DNA of 64,000 nt from Azolla caroliniana. Its lineage: Eukaryota > Plantae > Polypodiophyta. Location: positions 15,314,001-15,378,000 of the forward strand of contig JBHGNT010000008.1 in assembly GCA_043228905.1 (NCBI GenBank), in the 5' to 3' direction. Positions 1 through 11,651 of the stretch are shown here, in pieces; position 1 is the first letter of the stretch; each line of letters opens with the position of its first letter. Under the pieces are notes generated by a model. That model saw nothing but the letters and a program-made list of their open reading frames with translations, was not told where the DNA came from and did not search any database. The translations under genes and the position numbers were made by a program.

Positions 1-224
1 ACTCTGCTCGTGTGGTGGGTCAACTCTTGTAGCGAGCGCGCCAGCACCAGGTACGACTCGACGCCACGGCGGTGGTATGGGACGCCGATCGAGGCTCGAG
101 TCCGTCTCGATCCCTTCGCTCGGGGGTGGTCGGGTGGATCGGCACCCTTCTTTCTCTTTCTCCTTTCTATCTTTCATTTCTTTATCCTTATCTTAAGCTT
201 ACTTTAGTACCTAGATCTATAATA
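1..224 (-). mobile_element. Probable LTR (one end only) inserted into the protease region of gypsy element A
   Basis: The A protease frame (..EVTVGGHTF) loses similarity to its paralog at 55934-56623 exactly at 224/225. The minus strand then reads TATTATAG.. (possibly a decayed TG) followed by purine-rich non-coding sequence. The other end is outside the window. Confidence 0.4.
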
Positions 225-2700
225 AAATGTATGCCCGCCGACGGTGACTTCTAATTTCTGTATTAATCCTGTCGGCCGCACTGAGCTTGTATCGGCCATC
301 CGCAACCAGAACGGACACGGCTCCCACTCGTGGATTCCTAGGTCCTCACACGTCCGGAGGCTTATTACATTTACCCCAGAGCCTCCGTCTATAACTGTGC
401 CGGGGAGTTCTTTCCCTTTTACAATGGCAGTGATTACCGGACTGCTGGTGTCTACCACTGTTGGTCCCTCCTCCGGATTCGAGAAGAGTACCGGTGCCGG
501 TGATGGTTCTCCTGCCGTCATGGCCGTCTTCAGTCCTTCCGTGAATCTAGGCACGAGTTGTAGGAGTCTTCCTAGTGGTAACGTAATCTGGCATTCTTGC
601 AACGCCTGCCATGTCTCGTTCTCGGAGTGACTACCGCCGGCAAGCCCTGCGGTGTTCTCCTTTTGCTGCTGTAAGTCTGTGACATTCTGCTCGTTCGCTT
701 TCTTTACCCATTCCGTTGCTTGTTTGCGGATGGTCTCCTGTGTCTCCCATTCTTTGGCCATGCCCTTTGATCTTGTGGTCACCTGCTGCAGGTCTACCAC
801 CTCAAGGACTACCATATTTACCACCGGTCGTTTTTCATAGCTCTTCACTGGGCATTGGTTACTATAATGGCCTTCCTGTCTGCAGTAGTAGCAGTAGGCT
901 TTCCGGGTATTGCTAGATTCGGCATTGTCTGTTGTACCCGGGGTAGGTCCTACGGTACGCGCGGGGTTTTGTACCGGTTGGCTACTTGGAGCGTCTTGTT
1001 CCGGATCCCGGGGGTAGTCGCCTTTTTTAAAATGCCGTTTTTTGTTAAAGTTGTTCTTATTACGGTACTCTTGATGGGGTTGCCCGTCATATCGGCCGTA
1101 TTCCTCCCGTTGCTGACGATACCCGAGGGAGTGCTCCCGGTCGTACTGTTCGTATCGTCTATTGTAATCCTGGTGCCGATCATGCCGGTCATAGTTATCT
1201 CGCCGATCACCGTACCGGATATCATTTTACCGTCGCTCGCCGTATTGGACATCATTTTCCCGTCGCTCGCCATACTGGATATCATTTTCCCGTCGCTCGC
1301 CATACCGGACATCCTGTGCCGGTCGGTCACGGTCCATTCGCCGCCAGCGTTCGTCTTCTTCATCCCGGTTGTTGCGTGGCTCAATTTGTCGGACGGGCGG
1401 TGCTTGCCGAGTCAACAGGTTATACTCGCACCTATCCGTCGTATGGCTTTTGGACTGACAGATTACACATTGCGTCCTCATAGTGCATTCTAGAGCCGAG
1501 TGTCCGGAATTCAAGCAGGTTGTGCACTGTATTGCTTGCCGAAACCAGAGGTCTTCATCGGACGGTAACGCCCGGTTAAGTGCGCCCAGTGTGAGCTAGG
1601 AGCTTGTCTTTTCCATCTCTTTCACCCGGTCAATGACCTGGTCGATGGTACTTGTACGGAAATCGATTACCATGCAAACCGTGCGTAGGGGTTCCCGGAG
1701 CGCGTTTAGGAATATCGTTCGTAATTCCTCCTCCGGGGGTGCACGGGTAAGCTGACTATGCATCCGTTGAAACCGGATGACAAATTGGGGAATGCTCTCC
1801 CCTGCCTCTTGCCGGAAAGTATAAAATAAGCCTGCCATTACGGTCTGGTCCACCTCCTTTTGAAAGAAATGCATGAATTTAGCTTTTAAATCTGCAAAGG
1901 TGTTGATGGTAGACGGGTCCTGCGTCCGGCGCCATCTTGCTGCCGGTCCCTCCAATGTGACGCCAAACTCTGCTATCTTAGAGCGTTCTTCTTCCTCCGG
2001 TGTCAGTCGCTGAGACACATGGTTGGCTTCCCATGTCTGTTCAAATGCGTGCACATGAGCTTCCGCGTCCAGATCATCTCTATACTTAGAGTACTGGAAT
2101 GACATGTCGTCGTCCAATATCGGTGCGCGGGCTGGTAGTGTTGGTGTTCGTTCCGGAATTTTCTCTGGTGTCGGTGGTCTTTCCCGATTTGATTCCGGTG
2201 TCGGTTGTTTCTCTTCCGCTGGTGACGGAGGCCTCTCCTCCTCGACTTCCGGTGTCGGAGGTCGTTCTTCTTCTGCTGGTTCCGGGGGTTCCAGCGTTAG
2301 CACTTCCGGTTCCGGTTCCGGTGTCGGTAAGGTATCCGATCCTTCGTCCTCCGGTCCGCCCGGGGTTTCGTTGCTGCTACGGTAGTTCGTGTGCACGCTA
2401 TATTCCCCTTCGGAGTCCGATTCATATGCTGAAAAGGCCTCTGCTTCGCCTTCTCCGTTTGCCAATGCGTGGAGAAGGGATTCGGTTTCCCGGAGGCTGC
2501 TTAGGCTGCTGCCGTCTTCCGGGTGCGATGTTTGTTGTAACCAGTGGGAGTCCTCCGCTACTCTCCGGATTACGTTGGAAAACGAGCGATCTGCTCTAAT
2601 TTCCTGCGCCCCTTGCTGGAAGGCCTCGCATCTCCTTTGCCTTTTGGCAAGGCGTCGAGTTCGATCTGTAACCAGGTCGTGCGTTGATCTAGACATCCAT
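225..2700 (-). pseudogene. gag-protease of element A (stop at 1596-1598, frameshift near 1225)
   Basis: ORF pieces 1596-2783, 1227-1514 and 204-848. Retrotransposon gag core (TLEGPAARW; FRQEAGESIPQFVIRF), three CCHC knuckles, aspartic protease. Confidence 0.85.
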
Positions 2701-2732
2701 CCGTGCCGTCGTTCGCTGCAAAAACAGGAATC

Positions 2733-2742
2733 GTGGTCGCCA
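2733..2742 (-). promoter_or_regulatory. Primer-binding site of A, tRNA-Arg-like
   Basis: TGGCGACCAC about 7 nt inside the LTR end. The paralog reads TGGTGACCAT at 54095-54104. The tRNA assignment is from recalled plant tRNA-Arg 3' ends. Confidence 0.6.
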
Positions 2743-2749
2743 AAAACTG

Positions 2750-3182
2750 TGTTAACTCTTCGGGCCGGACAATGGCCTAACACAGGGTGTCTACATGAGA
2801 CACTTCACCAAAGGGTGTTACGGCAACCGAATTAGACTTCAACGCTTAATCCGACTTAGTTAAGTTACTTATTAGGATCGTCTTCATAACATGCGTAAGA
2901 TATAACAATTAAGACAGAACGGCAATTGACACAGAGATATAACAACGCTTAAGCTTTCATTAATTAACCGCTAACTATTACATTGTATCCGGGCCTTTAA
3001 ATAGGTTTCCGGTCTGTATTACAAAACGGTGCCATCCGCACCTGTTCGGGATCAGTCCGGATCCGGAACGGCATATCGATTCCGGTCCGTCCGTCCACAC
3101 TCATAGCTTAATTACAACCACATTCCTACTACTTAACTAGCTCTCTGTTTCCCACTCTGGACTCCTTTGCCGGCCGGTAACA
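2750..3182 (-). repeat. 5' LTR of element A (~433 bp)
   Basis: TG..CA ends; TATTTAAAGG TATA-like motif near 3000; aligns by eye with 53640-54087. Confidence 0.85.
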
Positions 3183-5395
3183 ATGTGCCGCGTGTAGTCG
3201 TCGATGAAGGAGACGAAATATCGGCTCCCGCCAAGACTAACGTTTTGTGCCGGCCCCCACACATCGGAGTGTATCAAGTCGAGCTTGTTCCGGCTCCGGT
3301 TACGCTCGTTGGGTAAAGGAAGTCAGTGTTGCTTCCCAAGCTGGTAGGCTTCACAAATTTGTGCCGGCCGGTCACTAAATTTGGGCAATCCGAACACCAC
3401 TTGTTTCGATTGCAGGTCTTGAAGCCACTGGTAGTTGACGTGGCCTATCCGCTTATGCCATAAGTTGATGTCCGACTCGACTTTTTGTCCCTTTGCGAAC
3501 ATTGCGGTGCCATCGTTAGTAGAGTCGAGGATGAACATCCTCCCATCTCAGCGCCCTTGCGCAATAACACGGCCTTCTTCCTCAATGAAGCACCCGAGCT
3601 GTGTAAACCGGACCTCCATCCCTTGGTCGATGATCTGTTTGACCGACACCAAGTTCTTCATGATTGTCGGAACGTGTAGCACATTCATGAGTTTCCCTTT
3701 CTGCCCGACATGGCTCAGGGGACCTCGTCCGACATTCGCGATCAGATGCGGAGTGTCGTGTCCGGTTGCGACTACTCCAGGTTGCATCGGTTTTGCTAGG
3801 TACGAGAACCACCCCTTATGGCTCGTCATGGAATTTGACGTGCCGGAGTCGACGTACCACACCTCGTCCGATTTCGAGGTGGTCTACTTCATTTAGTTTG
3901 CTTCGTGTCTCGTCAGGAAGACTGACCCTTTTCTGGGTTCTCTGGATCCTTCGGCGTAGTGCGATCACTGCCGATTTCCTTTGTCAGTATGTCCGAAACC
4001 AGATCCAGAACCGGTTCACTCCGACTCGGCGCACTTTTTCCAGCTCTCACTCTTCCTGTGGCCTTACTTGCCATAATACCAACATTCCGCAGAAAATTTC
4101 CCTTGCCGGTTCTCATCGCCTCGACTCCCCCTATTTCCGGAGGGTCCGGAATTGCTGTTGGCATCATTTCGGTGCCTCCTTCCTTGATCTCGTCGGCCGC
4201 CTCCATTGCGCACCAACTCGCCTCGTCCTCCACGTCCACGGGGCCTATCTCCCTCCGTGTACAACATCTTGTTGTCGGTGTGCGTGCTCGTTGACGCACC
4301 CACGTGGTTCTCCTCTACTAAGAGCATCGACTATAAGTCGAAAAACGACGGTGTATTCTCCCAGGTACAAACAACAGTTCGGAACGCCCCGAACTTCGAC
4401 GCCAAACCCCCAAGACAAACCTAGACCATCTCGCTTTCCTCGATGATCACATCGATGGAAGCTAAGGAGTCGCATATGTCCTTGATCTTCGAGGTATAGT
4501 CAGCAACCGACAAGTCACGTTGTCGTAGGTTGCTCAACTCCTATCGGAGCTGAAGCTTCCTGGCTGTGGTGCTCGCAGCGAAAATCTTCTTCAGATTTTC
4601 CCACGCACCCTTCGGTGTTTTTGCATCCCGAATGTAGCTTAATAGTTGTTCGCCCACACAAGACGCGAAACAATACAACACTCTGCTCGTCGATTGTTCC
4701 CACGCCGGGAAGTCTTTGTGTGTCGATTCGGGTGCCGCATCATTCGCTCCTTCAACATAGCTCCAGTAATCGTGCCCAAGCAGGTACTGGTGCATCTTGT
4801 AGTACCAAGATGCGTAGTTGGTTTTGTCGAGCTTCTCCGTCGGAAGCGAGGTAGCCATTCCTCTGTCCATCGGTTTTCTTGTTCTTCTTCATTGGTTTTT
4901 CCTTCAAGCAAAGTCGACTGTAGAGGTTTTCAACCCTCGCGCTCCGATACCATGAAAAGAATGGCGTGTGGAAGCAATATAGGAAACCGAACAACAGAAA
5001 ACGCAGGTTTAAGGGAAAGCTTAGGTTTGCACAGTACGCACGGGAGAGACAGAGAGAGAGAGAGAGTAAACGCCAGAAAAAATCAATTCAAAAACTAACA
5101 CTCTGTGCATACATCGTGCTCAGTGAGCACCTTTTATACAAGCCCTGACAATGGCCTGACACAAGTATTGACAGTACTTGACTGCTCATAAATGAGCCTC
5201 GACTCTTACTTCCAAAACTATTCCCTACGAGGAATATCTCTCTAACGGCCTTTCGGTTTACGCACCGATACGGACTTCCTATGCACTGGTCTGCGTACCG
5301 GTTTCCAACCTATCCGGCCTAACCGATTGGTCCCAACCGATCCAGTCCTCGGCTTGCTTAGTCGATCCGACCGATGTTGAGCTTGTCTCTCAACA
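3183..5395 (-). mobile_element. Ty1/copia element B, degenerate 5' half (LTR 4953-5395, tRNA-iMet PBS 4941-4952, gag, protease, start of integrase)
   Basis: EKLDKTNYASW gag start, WYVDSGTSNSMT protease, LWHKRIGH pre-integrase, PBS TGGTATCGGAGC. The LTR TGTTGAGAGAC..TTTTCA is the same family as 36840-37292. Confidence 0.9.
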
Positions 5396-5692
5396 AAGCA
5401 GTAACCGGAAGCCAAGTAGCAGCTAGTCTACTAGGGAGTTAATATCTCCTAGTTAGTGTCAGACGCTCGTGTGAGCATTGAAGTAAACCGTACTTCTATT
5501 AGTCTGGATGGACTTGTATAAAAGTGTTCACTGAACACATACGATGTACACACTGAGTAGTATTGTTTGAATTGAGTTTTCTATGTGCTCTCTCTCTCTG
5601 TCTTTGTCTCTCCCGCGTACTGTTAAGCTCTCCATTAAACCTATTTTCTGCTTTCTGTTTTCTATTGCTTCCGCACGCTATTTGTTTCTACA
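5396..5692 (+). repeat. 3' part of a copia LTR (family of 13797-14241 and 17552-17993), interrupted by B
   Basis: Shares GAGCATTGAAGTA and CTTGTATAAAAGTG with those LTRs. Ends TTTCTACA, and is followed by copia RNase H sequence. Confidence 0.7.
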
Positions 5693-6220
5693 AGTACCAC
5701 TTCATCCGCAAACGCGTACAAGCCGGCGAGATCGATCTACAACATACTAGTACACATCTCCAAGTTGCTGATATATTTACAAAGGCTTTAGGAGTCGACA
5801 AGCTCGGGCAATTTGCATCGGACCTTGGTCTTATGACATCTACATTGTTGAACTTGAGGGGGAGTACAGGTATAGGCCACATGGAAGCAATACGCAATGA
5901 TACGCAACACATACGCAATTGATCAAGTATGCGAGTACGCAACACAGCCGACTAGACAAGTTGAAGTACGAACCGAACAACATTCTCGACAGATAGAAGT
6001 TGTGCTCGAAGGGGCGTGTTGAGAGTCGAAAACAACTTCCCTTAGATAGGTTTCGCACTAGCTCATGGACATGTTAGGCTAGTTTTGTAAATAATAGAAA
6101 GGGCACTTGCCCTAGCTTAGTTGGTATATAAACCAACGCATTGTAACTTAGTTAATGTTGGATGTTTTTTGTTCTGATGTATTTTTTGTTAATATACAGT
6201 TTGTCTATCTCTGTCGTAAG

Positions 6221-6258
<38 letters not shown>

Positions 6259-6322
6259 AGACACACACACACACTCATCTTCCGCTGCATTACAACCATG
6301 CTTGCCTCCTCATTTCTTTACA
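5693..6322 (+). mobile_element. Ty1/copia N1: RNase H end, PPT and 3' LTR (6017-6322) with (CT)n/(CA)n microsatellites
   Basis: YHFIRKRV..QVADIFTKAL; GAAGGGGCG|TGTTGAGAG..TTTACA. An inverted paralog lies at 25427-26050. Confidence 0.85.
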
Positions 6323-8469
6323 CAAACACAACGCATGTTCCAAAACATTTGTCCTCTGAAATGGCCGTCATCGTCCTCGAGTCATCATTAATCTTCTTTT
6401 CATGTTGGATGCATTGTTTAGGCGTCTCGACATCTTTAGATGGTTTTGTTTCCCCCATGCTCGGCCTTACGAAGTAAATGTCATCAAGCATTCATGATGC
6501 TTGTCGATCTTGTTGCATGCTTGCTTCACCGCAAACCAATCTGTCACAAGCCCGTTTGCTTGGGTATCATTTTCGAGGAGAGTCCCCAACTCTCGTCTAT
6601 CCTTCATGTCCACAATTTTCAAGAAGTACAAAGGCTTGTCCTCCTCAAGCAGTACTTGGTTCGTGGCAGGGAGATGACTATACATCTGGTCGAATTCGTC
6701 GTACACCCTCGAAACGCTCATCGTCTTATTCTTCTTTTCTATCCACTTCATCAAGGTATGTCGAGTCATCCTCGACAAATCTTCCATTGCGAACTCCGCT
6801 AATATCGCTTTCTCGAACTCCAACCACGTTGTCCTCCCTTGTTGAAGCTCGATGACAGGCCTTTGGATGTTGTTGGTGACCACTCTCTTAAAACTTGTGA
6901 TTTGACAAGCTTCAGACACGTCCCTCCGATTCATCTCCCTTTTGTGTGCATCAAGGAACTTCATAATGTTCCTTCCGTCAAATTGACCCTTGAGCTCAAT
7001 GACATGGTCGACAACCTTCTCCACGCTCGCATCATTGTCTCGAGATCTCATCATTTGTTCGACGATCAGCATCATCCTTTCAAACTCTCCTGCCTGATTG
7101 CTTGAGGATGCCATCTCCAAGTATCGGTTGATCCTTGATTTGATCCTTCTTGCCGCCTCTTTCACGTTGGGTTCACCACTTAATTATATTTTGAAGATCC
7201 GTCACTATGTGCGGATCGTGACGCGGAACCGCCAGGTTTTTGAACTAGAAGGACTCGAAGTTTGCACTAGCTTTAGCAAAGTTTGCACTAGCTTTAGCAA
7301 GAAAGGAATTACGATAGATTGAAAGAGAGAGACAGATTGAGATAAGATAGAACGCTTGACTTTAGATTGAGAGAGAATAAGATTGAACTCTTGACTTTAG
7401 ATTTGAAGAACAAGATTGATACATCAATTGGATAACGAATTTCTTACTTTTAATTTCTTGATTAATACATCGCTCCCGTTTTTCTTCTTTATCCACTCTT
7501 TTATAGACGCCCCCATGCATATGATGCATGTGAGGGTACAATACATGCATACAATGCATGGAATGCATGTGATGCATGTTTGCCATTTGACGCTCATGCA
7601 TTACATGGGATGCATGATAACCATGTCACTCAATCAAGCTCTAATATGAAAATTTACATGTAAAAGTATAATGATAGAAAACACATTTCTAAGGAAATGA
7701 CCAAGCCTAGTGGTAATTCTATTGCCTCATATCTTGGAGGTGCAAGGTTCCAGCCTTTCTTGCATTCCTTTGATTACAAAATTTCTAATAGGTTTTTTAG
7801 TCTAGATGATTTTGTTCGTTTCACACCGAAATTGTCGCAATCAACCTATCCGATCGATCCGTCTATCTGGTTCGCTTCCGACTCGGTGATCCGATCGATC
7901 TGTCTATCCGTTCCGATTCTGATGTCGGTTTCGGTTCCGTTGTCTTCTGTCCATTCCGATTCCAGTTCCCTCGTCATCCGGTGCTAGTGTCGGTTTTGGC
8001 TCAGTCATCATCCGTTTCTTATTTCGGTTCCGACTCCGTCGTTGTTCGGTTCCGATTGCGGTTCCGCCAAACCCATTGCGAGTAGTTAAGCCACAGTTTA
8101 GCCCAAGAACATTCTGCGCTCCACTCGTAGACAGAAACTAATAAGTTCTGGCTCTGCTTATATACTGTGGGATCCTGATTTGTCCTATCTATGTGGGATA
8201 TCTTATAGTTTTGTTTTTCTCTTCTTCTTCTGAAACTTCAGATTCGCATAACTTGACATTTATTTGTCCGTTTCAAATCTAGTAAAGTACATTCGGAAGC
8301 TCTTGAAGACCTCCATCTTCCCGTACCAAGATATTAAGCTAATCTAAGATATTATCTTCACTATCATTGTTTCATGTCTTGTGTGAAAAACCACACTCGA
8401 TTTTGGACATTCCTAGCAATTTTCACACCATTGTCGAAAATCTTCACAACAACACGAAACTTTGCGACA
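6323..8469 (-). mobile_element. Gypsy-type element H: long 5' LTR (~7187-8469), tRNA-Trp PBS (7161-7178), gag
   Basis: The LTR starts TGTCGCAAAG at 8469 next to copia M coding sequence. PBS TGGTGAACCCAACGTGAA. The gag ORF 6467-7165 (QFDGRNIMKFLDA) is homologous to 43374-43868 and 52710-53204. Confidence 0.8.
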
Positions 8470-10318
8470 CCGATCATCCTCAGTACCTTTGGACGGTGAT
8501 ATTCCGCAAAGGGTGTGGAGTGGCAAAGACGTTTCGTAAGGACATCTCAGTGTGTTGAATTGTCTTGCCTATGTGCATGTAGCAAAAGACCAAAGGGGAA
8601 AATTAGACCCGAAATCTCGGCCAAACATATTTTTCGCCTACGGAATTGATGAATTTGGTTATCTGCTATGGGACTTTGTTGAGAAGAAGGTGATTAGGAG
8701 CCGCGACATTGTCTTCATGGAGGAAAAGACAATAGTCGACTAGGAGATTGAGAATAAGTCTCCTACTACCATAATGAATCGAGTCGACACTCGGCCAAAT
8801 TGAGTAGAAGGCGATTCAATCGAAATTGAATCCAAGCTAGTCGGCCGATTTAATAGTCAACAAAATCAAGAACTAACTGAAGAACAAGGGGAAATGGTCA
8901 AATAAGGAACCGAATTCGAATCAACCGAAGAAGTCGAAGAAGAACCGATCGTGCCGAATGGAGGCCGAAGATACCTCCTAAGAGAAAGGAGGCCCCCCCA
9001 AAGATTTCAGGATGAAGAGCGTGTACTGCTAATTGATGAGGGGGAGCCAGAAAGCTTTGAAGAAGCTAAGGAGGATACCCACAACCGAAAGTGGTTGAGT
9101 GCCATGCAAGAGGAGATCGACTCCTTGCATGAGAACCACACATATGAATTGTCCGAACTGCCGAGAGGAAAGAAGGCACTTCGGAATAAATGGGTATACA
9201 AGTTGAAATTGGGAGATGGCGACAATCCTCCTAGGTACAAAGCACGAATCGTCGTGAAAGGTTTTGAGTAGAAGAAGGGTGTTGATTTCGACGAAATATT
9301 TGCCCCGGTCATAAAGATGATGTCAATCTTAACCGTGATTAGTATCGTGGCCAGCATGGATCTCGAAGTTGAGCAATTGGATGTCAAGATGACATTTTTG
9401 CATGGTGATCTCGAAGAGGAGATCTATGTGCACCAGTCGGAAGGATTTGTAGAGAGAGGTAAAGAGACCCTGGTATGCCGATTAAGGAAGAGCTTGTACG
9501 TGTTGAAGCAAGCACCTTGGCAATCCTTTATGACCGACAATGGGTACCACAAACGCAAGCTGCTCACTGCATATTTGAGAAGAAATTCGACGGAGGAGAT
9601 TTCCTCATCGTCCTGTTGTACATGGACGACATGTTGATTGTCAGATGGGACCATACGAAGATCTGAGTGTTGAAGAAGTCCTTGAGCAGATCATTCTCAA
9701 TGAAGGATATGGGTTCGACAAAGCAAATCCTGGGGATGCACGTTGTTTGGGATCAAACAAATAAATTGGTGTGGCTATCACAAGAAAAATACATGACAAA
9801 GGTGCTCCAGAAATTCGGCATGGAAAGCGCGAAACCGGATGGCTCAACACTACTGTTGAACTGCAAGCTAAGCAAAGAACAATGTTCGAAATCGAAAACT
9901 GAGAAGGCCGAGATGTCAAAAGTTGCTTATGCCTTAGTGGTTGGAAGCCTAATGTATGCGATGGTATGTACCAGGTTGGACATAGGATATGCAGTTGGCG
10001 TGGTTAGCCGATACATGTGCAACCCTGGAAGAGAGCATTGGGCTACCTTGAAGTGGATATTTTTGGTACTTAAAAGGCACCTTGAACGTGTCTCTTTGTT
10101 TCGGTTCAGGTAACCCCACACTGGAAGGTTATACTAACTCAAACATGTCGGTTAATGTGGATACCAGCCGATCTACTTCCGGGTACGTAATGACTTATGT
10201 AGGGGAAGTTGTTTCGTGGCACTCGAGGCTATAGAAGGCCGTGGCGCTGTCAACCACAGAAGCCGAATTTATGTCCGTAGTGGAAGCCGACATGGAAATC
10301 ATATGGATGAAGGAGTTT
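8470..10318 (+). pseudogene. Tork/Tnt1-like copia M: integrase end, RT, RNase H start (degenerate)
   Basis: Colinear with the intact ORF 59374-63405 (AYVHVAKD, RYKARIVVKG, LLYMDDML, VGSLMYAMVCTR). Multiple stops and frameshifts. Confidence 0.9.
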
Positions 10319-11651
10319 TGTTAGGAATTGACCGATGACAACCGGTTTGACGTTCGTATTCGTGTGCCGAAAACCACGAATTAGTACACATCCAGGAAAA
10401 CGTAAAGACACTGAGATAGTGATATTTTACGTGGAAAACCCGAAATGGAAAAAACCACAGACCCCAAGAGAACAGATCACTATAGTACAGAGGAAGTACA
10501 AATACAAAACTCGAAGGCAACGACCTCGAGTTCTCCTTCGTCTCACAGACGGCTACAGAGTTACACTCTCACTCACAGTTACAGAGATAACTACCTCGTT
10601 CTAACTTTACAATAATGATCAATTACAGTTACTAAAGTTTGCCCTAGTCGCTTATAAACAAAAGCAACTTTCTGGCTATTTATAACTGTAGTCCACAAGG
10701 GGCATTTTAGACTATTTACAATTATAGTCTTCCTAAATGATTTCAATTTTCGATTTTCGATTTTGATTTTCAAAATGAAATCATTTTGGAAGACTATAAT
10801 TGTAAATATTCTAAAATTCTCATTGTGGGCTACACTTGTAAATAGCCAGAAAGTTGCTTTTGTTTATAAGCAATTAGGGCAAACTTTAGTAACTATAGTT
10901 GATCATTATTGTAAAGAAAGAACGAGGTAGTTTCCTCTGTAACCTTGAGTGAGAGAGTGAGAGTGTAACTCTATAGCTATCTATCAGACGAAGGAGAAGT
11001 CGAGGTTGTTGCCTCAGAGATTCGTATTTGTACTTCCTCTCTACTATAGTGAATTTTTTTCTTGGGGTGTTGTCCGCCGGAATTGTAACCGCCGGCCATA
11101 ACACATTGTAAATAGATTATTATATTAGGCGCATTAAAGTAACGCATGTAACGGTTCACGCAAGAAGCGTAACCGATCAGAAACCCTTTGTATATAAAGG
11201 GTGAAAGAACACTATAAAGGGTAGCGTCTTTTTGGGAACATCGTTAGTATAGTTTTTGTCTTCTCTGATCTTCGTATGCCGCCTACTGGTCTCTTGTCTC
11301 CCCTTCGTAGCACTAAGCGTGGGGTAAGTGTGTGTGCGTAACTACGCACAATTAGAGGTTCGGTTGTAGCTGTCTCTCTTGACACTCTGTTGTTCTGCTC
11401 TACTACGTAACGTTCTTATGATCTACGCACTACGTATTCCTCTTCCCTTGCACCATGATCACATTGAAACCTACCGTTGTTAATCGATAACATGGGGTTT
11501 GTGGACCCCCATGGTTTTTTCCCATTTCAGGTTTTCCACGTAAAATATCGATGTCTTTGTGTCTTTACGTTTTTCGGTCTGTGTGCTAATTCGTGCTTTT
11601 CTGCACATGAATATGAACGTGAAACTGGTTGTGGCCGGTCGATTCCTAACA
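10319..11651. repeat. Two Tork-like LTR 3' halves fused head-to-head (large inverted repeat)
   Basis: 10319-10750 is the diverged reverse complement of 10772-11067 plus 11493-11651. The ends are TGTTAGGAAT..ATTCCTAACA. No TSD (AGTTT vs GTATT). Confidence 0.85.
11068..11492 (+). mobile_element. Solo LTR (425 bp)
   Basis: TGTTGTC..GATAACA, TSD TGGGG at 11063-11067 and 11493-11497, TATATAAAGGG near 11191. Confidence 0.85.

Larger units (their letters stand above)
225..3182 (-). mobile_element. Ty3/gypsy element A (non-chromovirus, Athila/Tat-like): 5' LTR, PBS, gag, protease; inserted in the integrase of copia B
   Basis: LTR TGTTAC..TTAACA at 3182-2750, PBS, gag ORF 1596-2783, protease VIDGGSGVNVI. 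Same family as element Q (53640-58236). The right flank resumes copia integrase sequence (YFVSFIDDYTRH). Confidence 0.9.

Noticed and set aside
60-115. A further A/B-box module (GGCTCGAGTCC at ~93-103)
   Set aside because: The A-box match is poor, the spacing is short and the LTR identity is uncertain; not counted.
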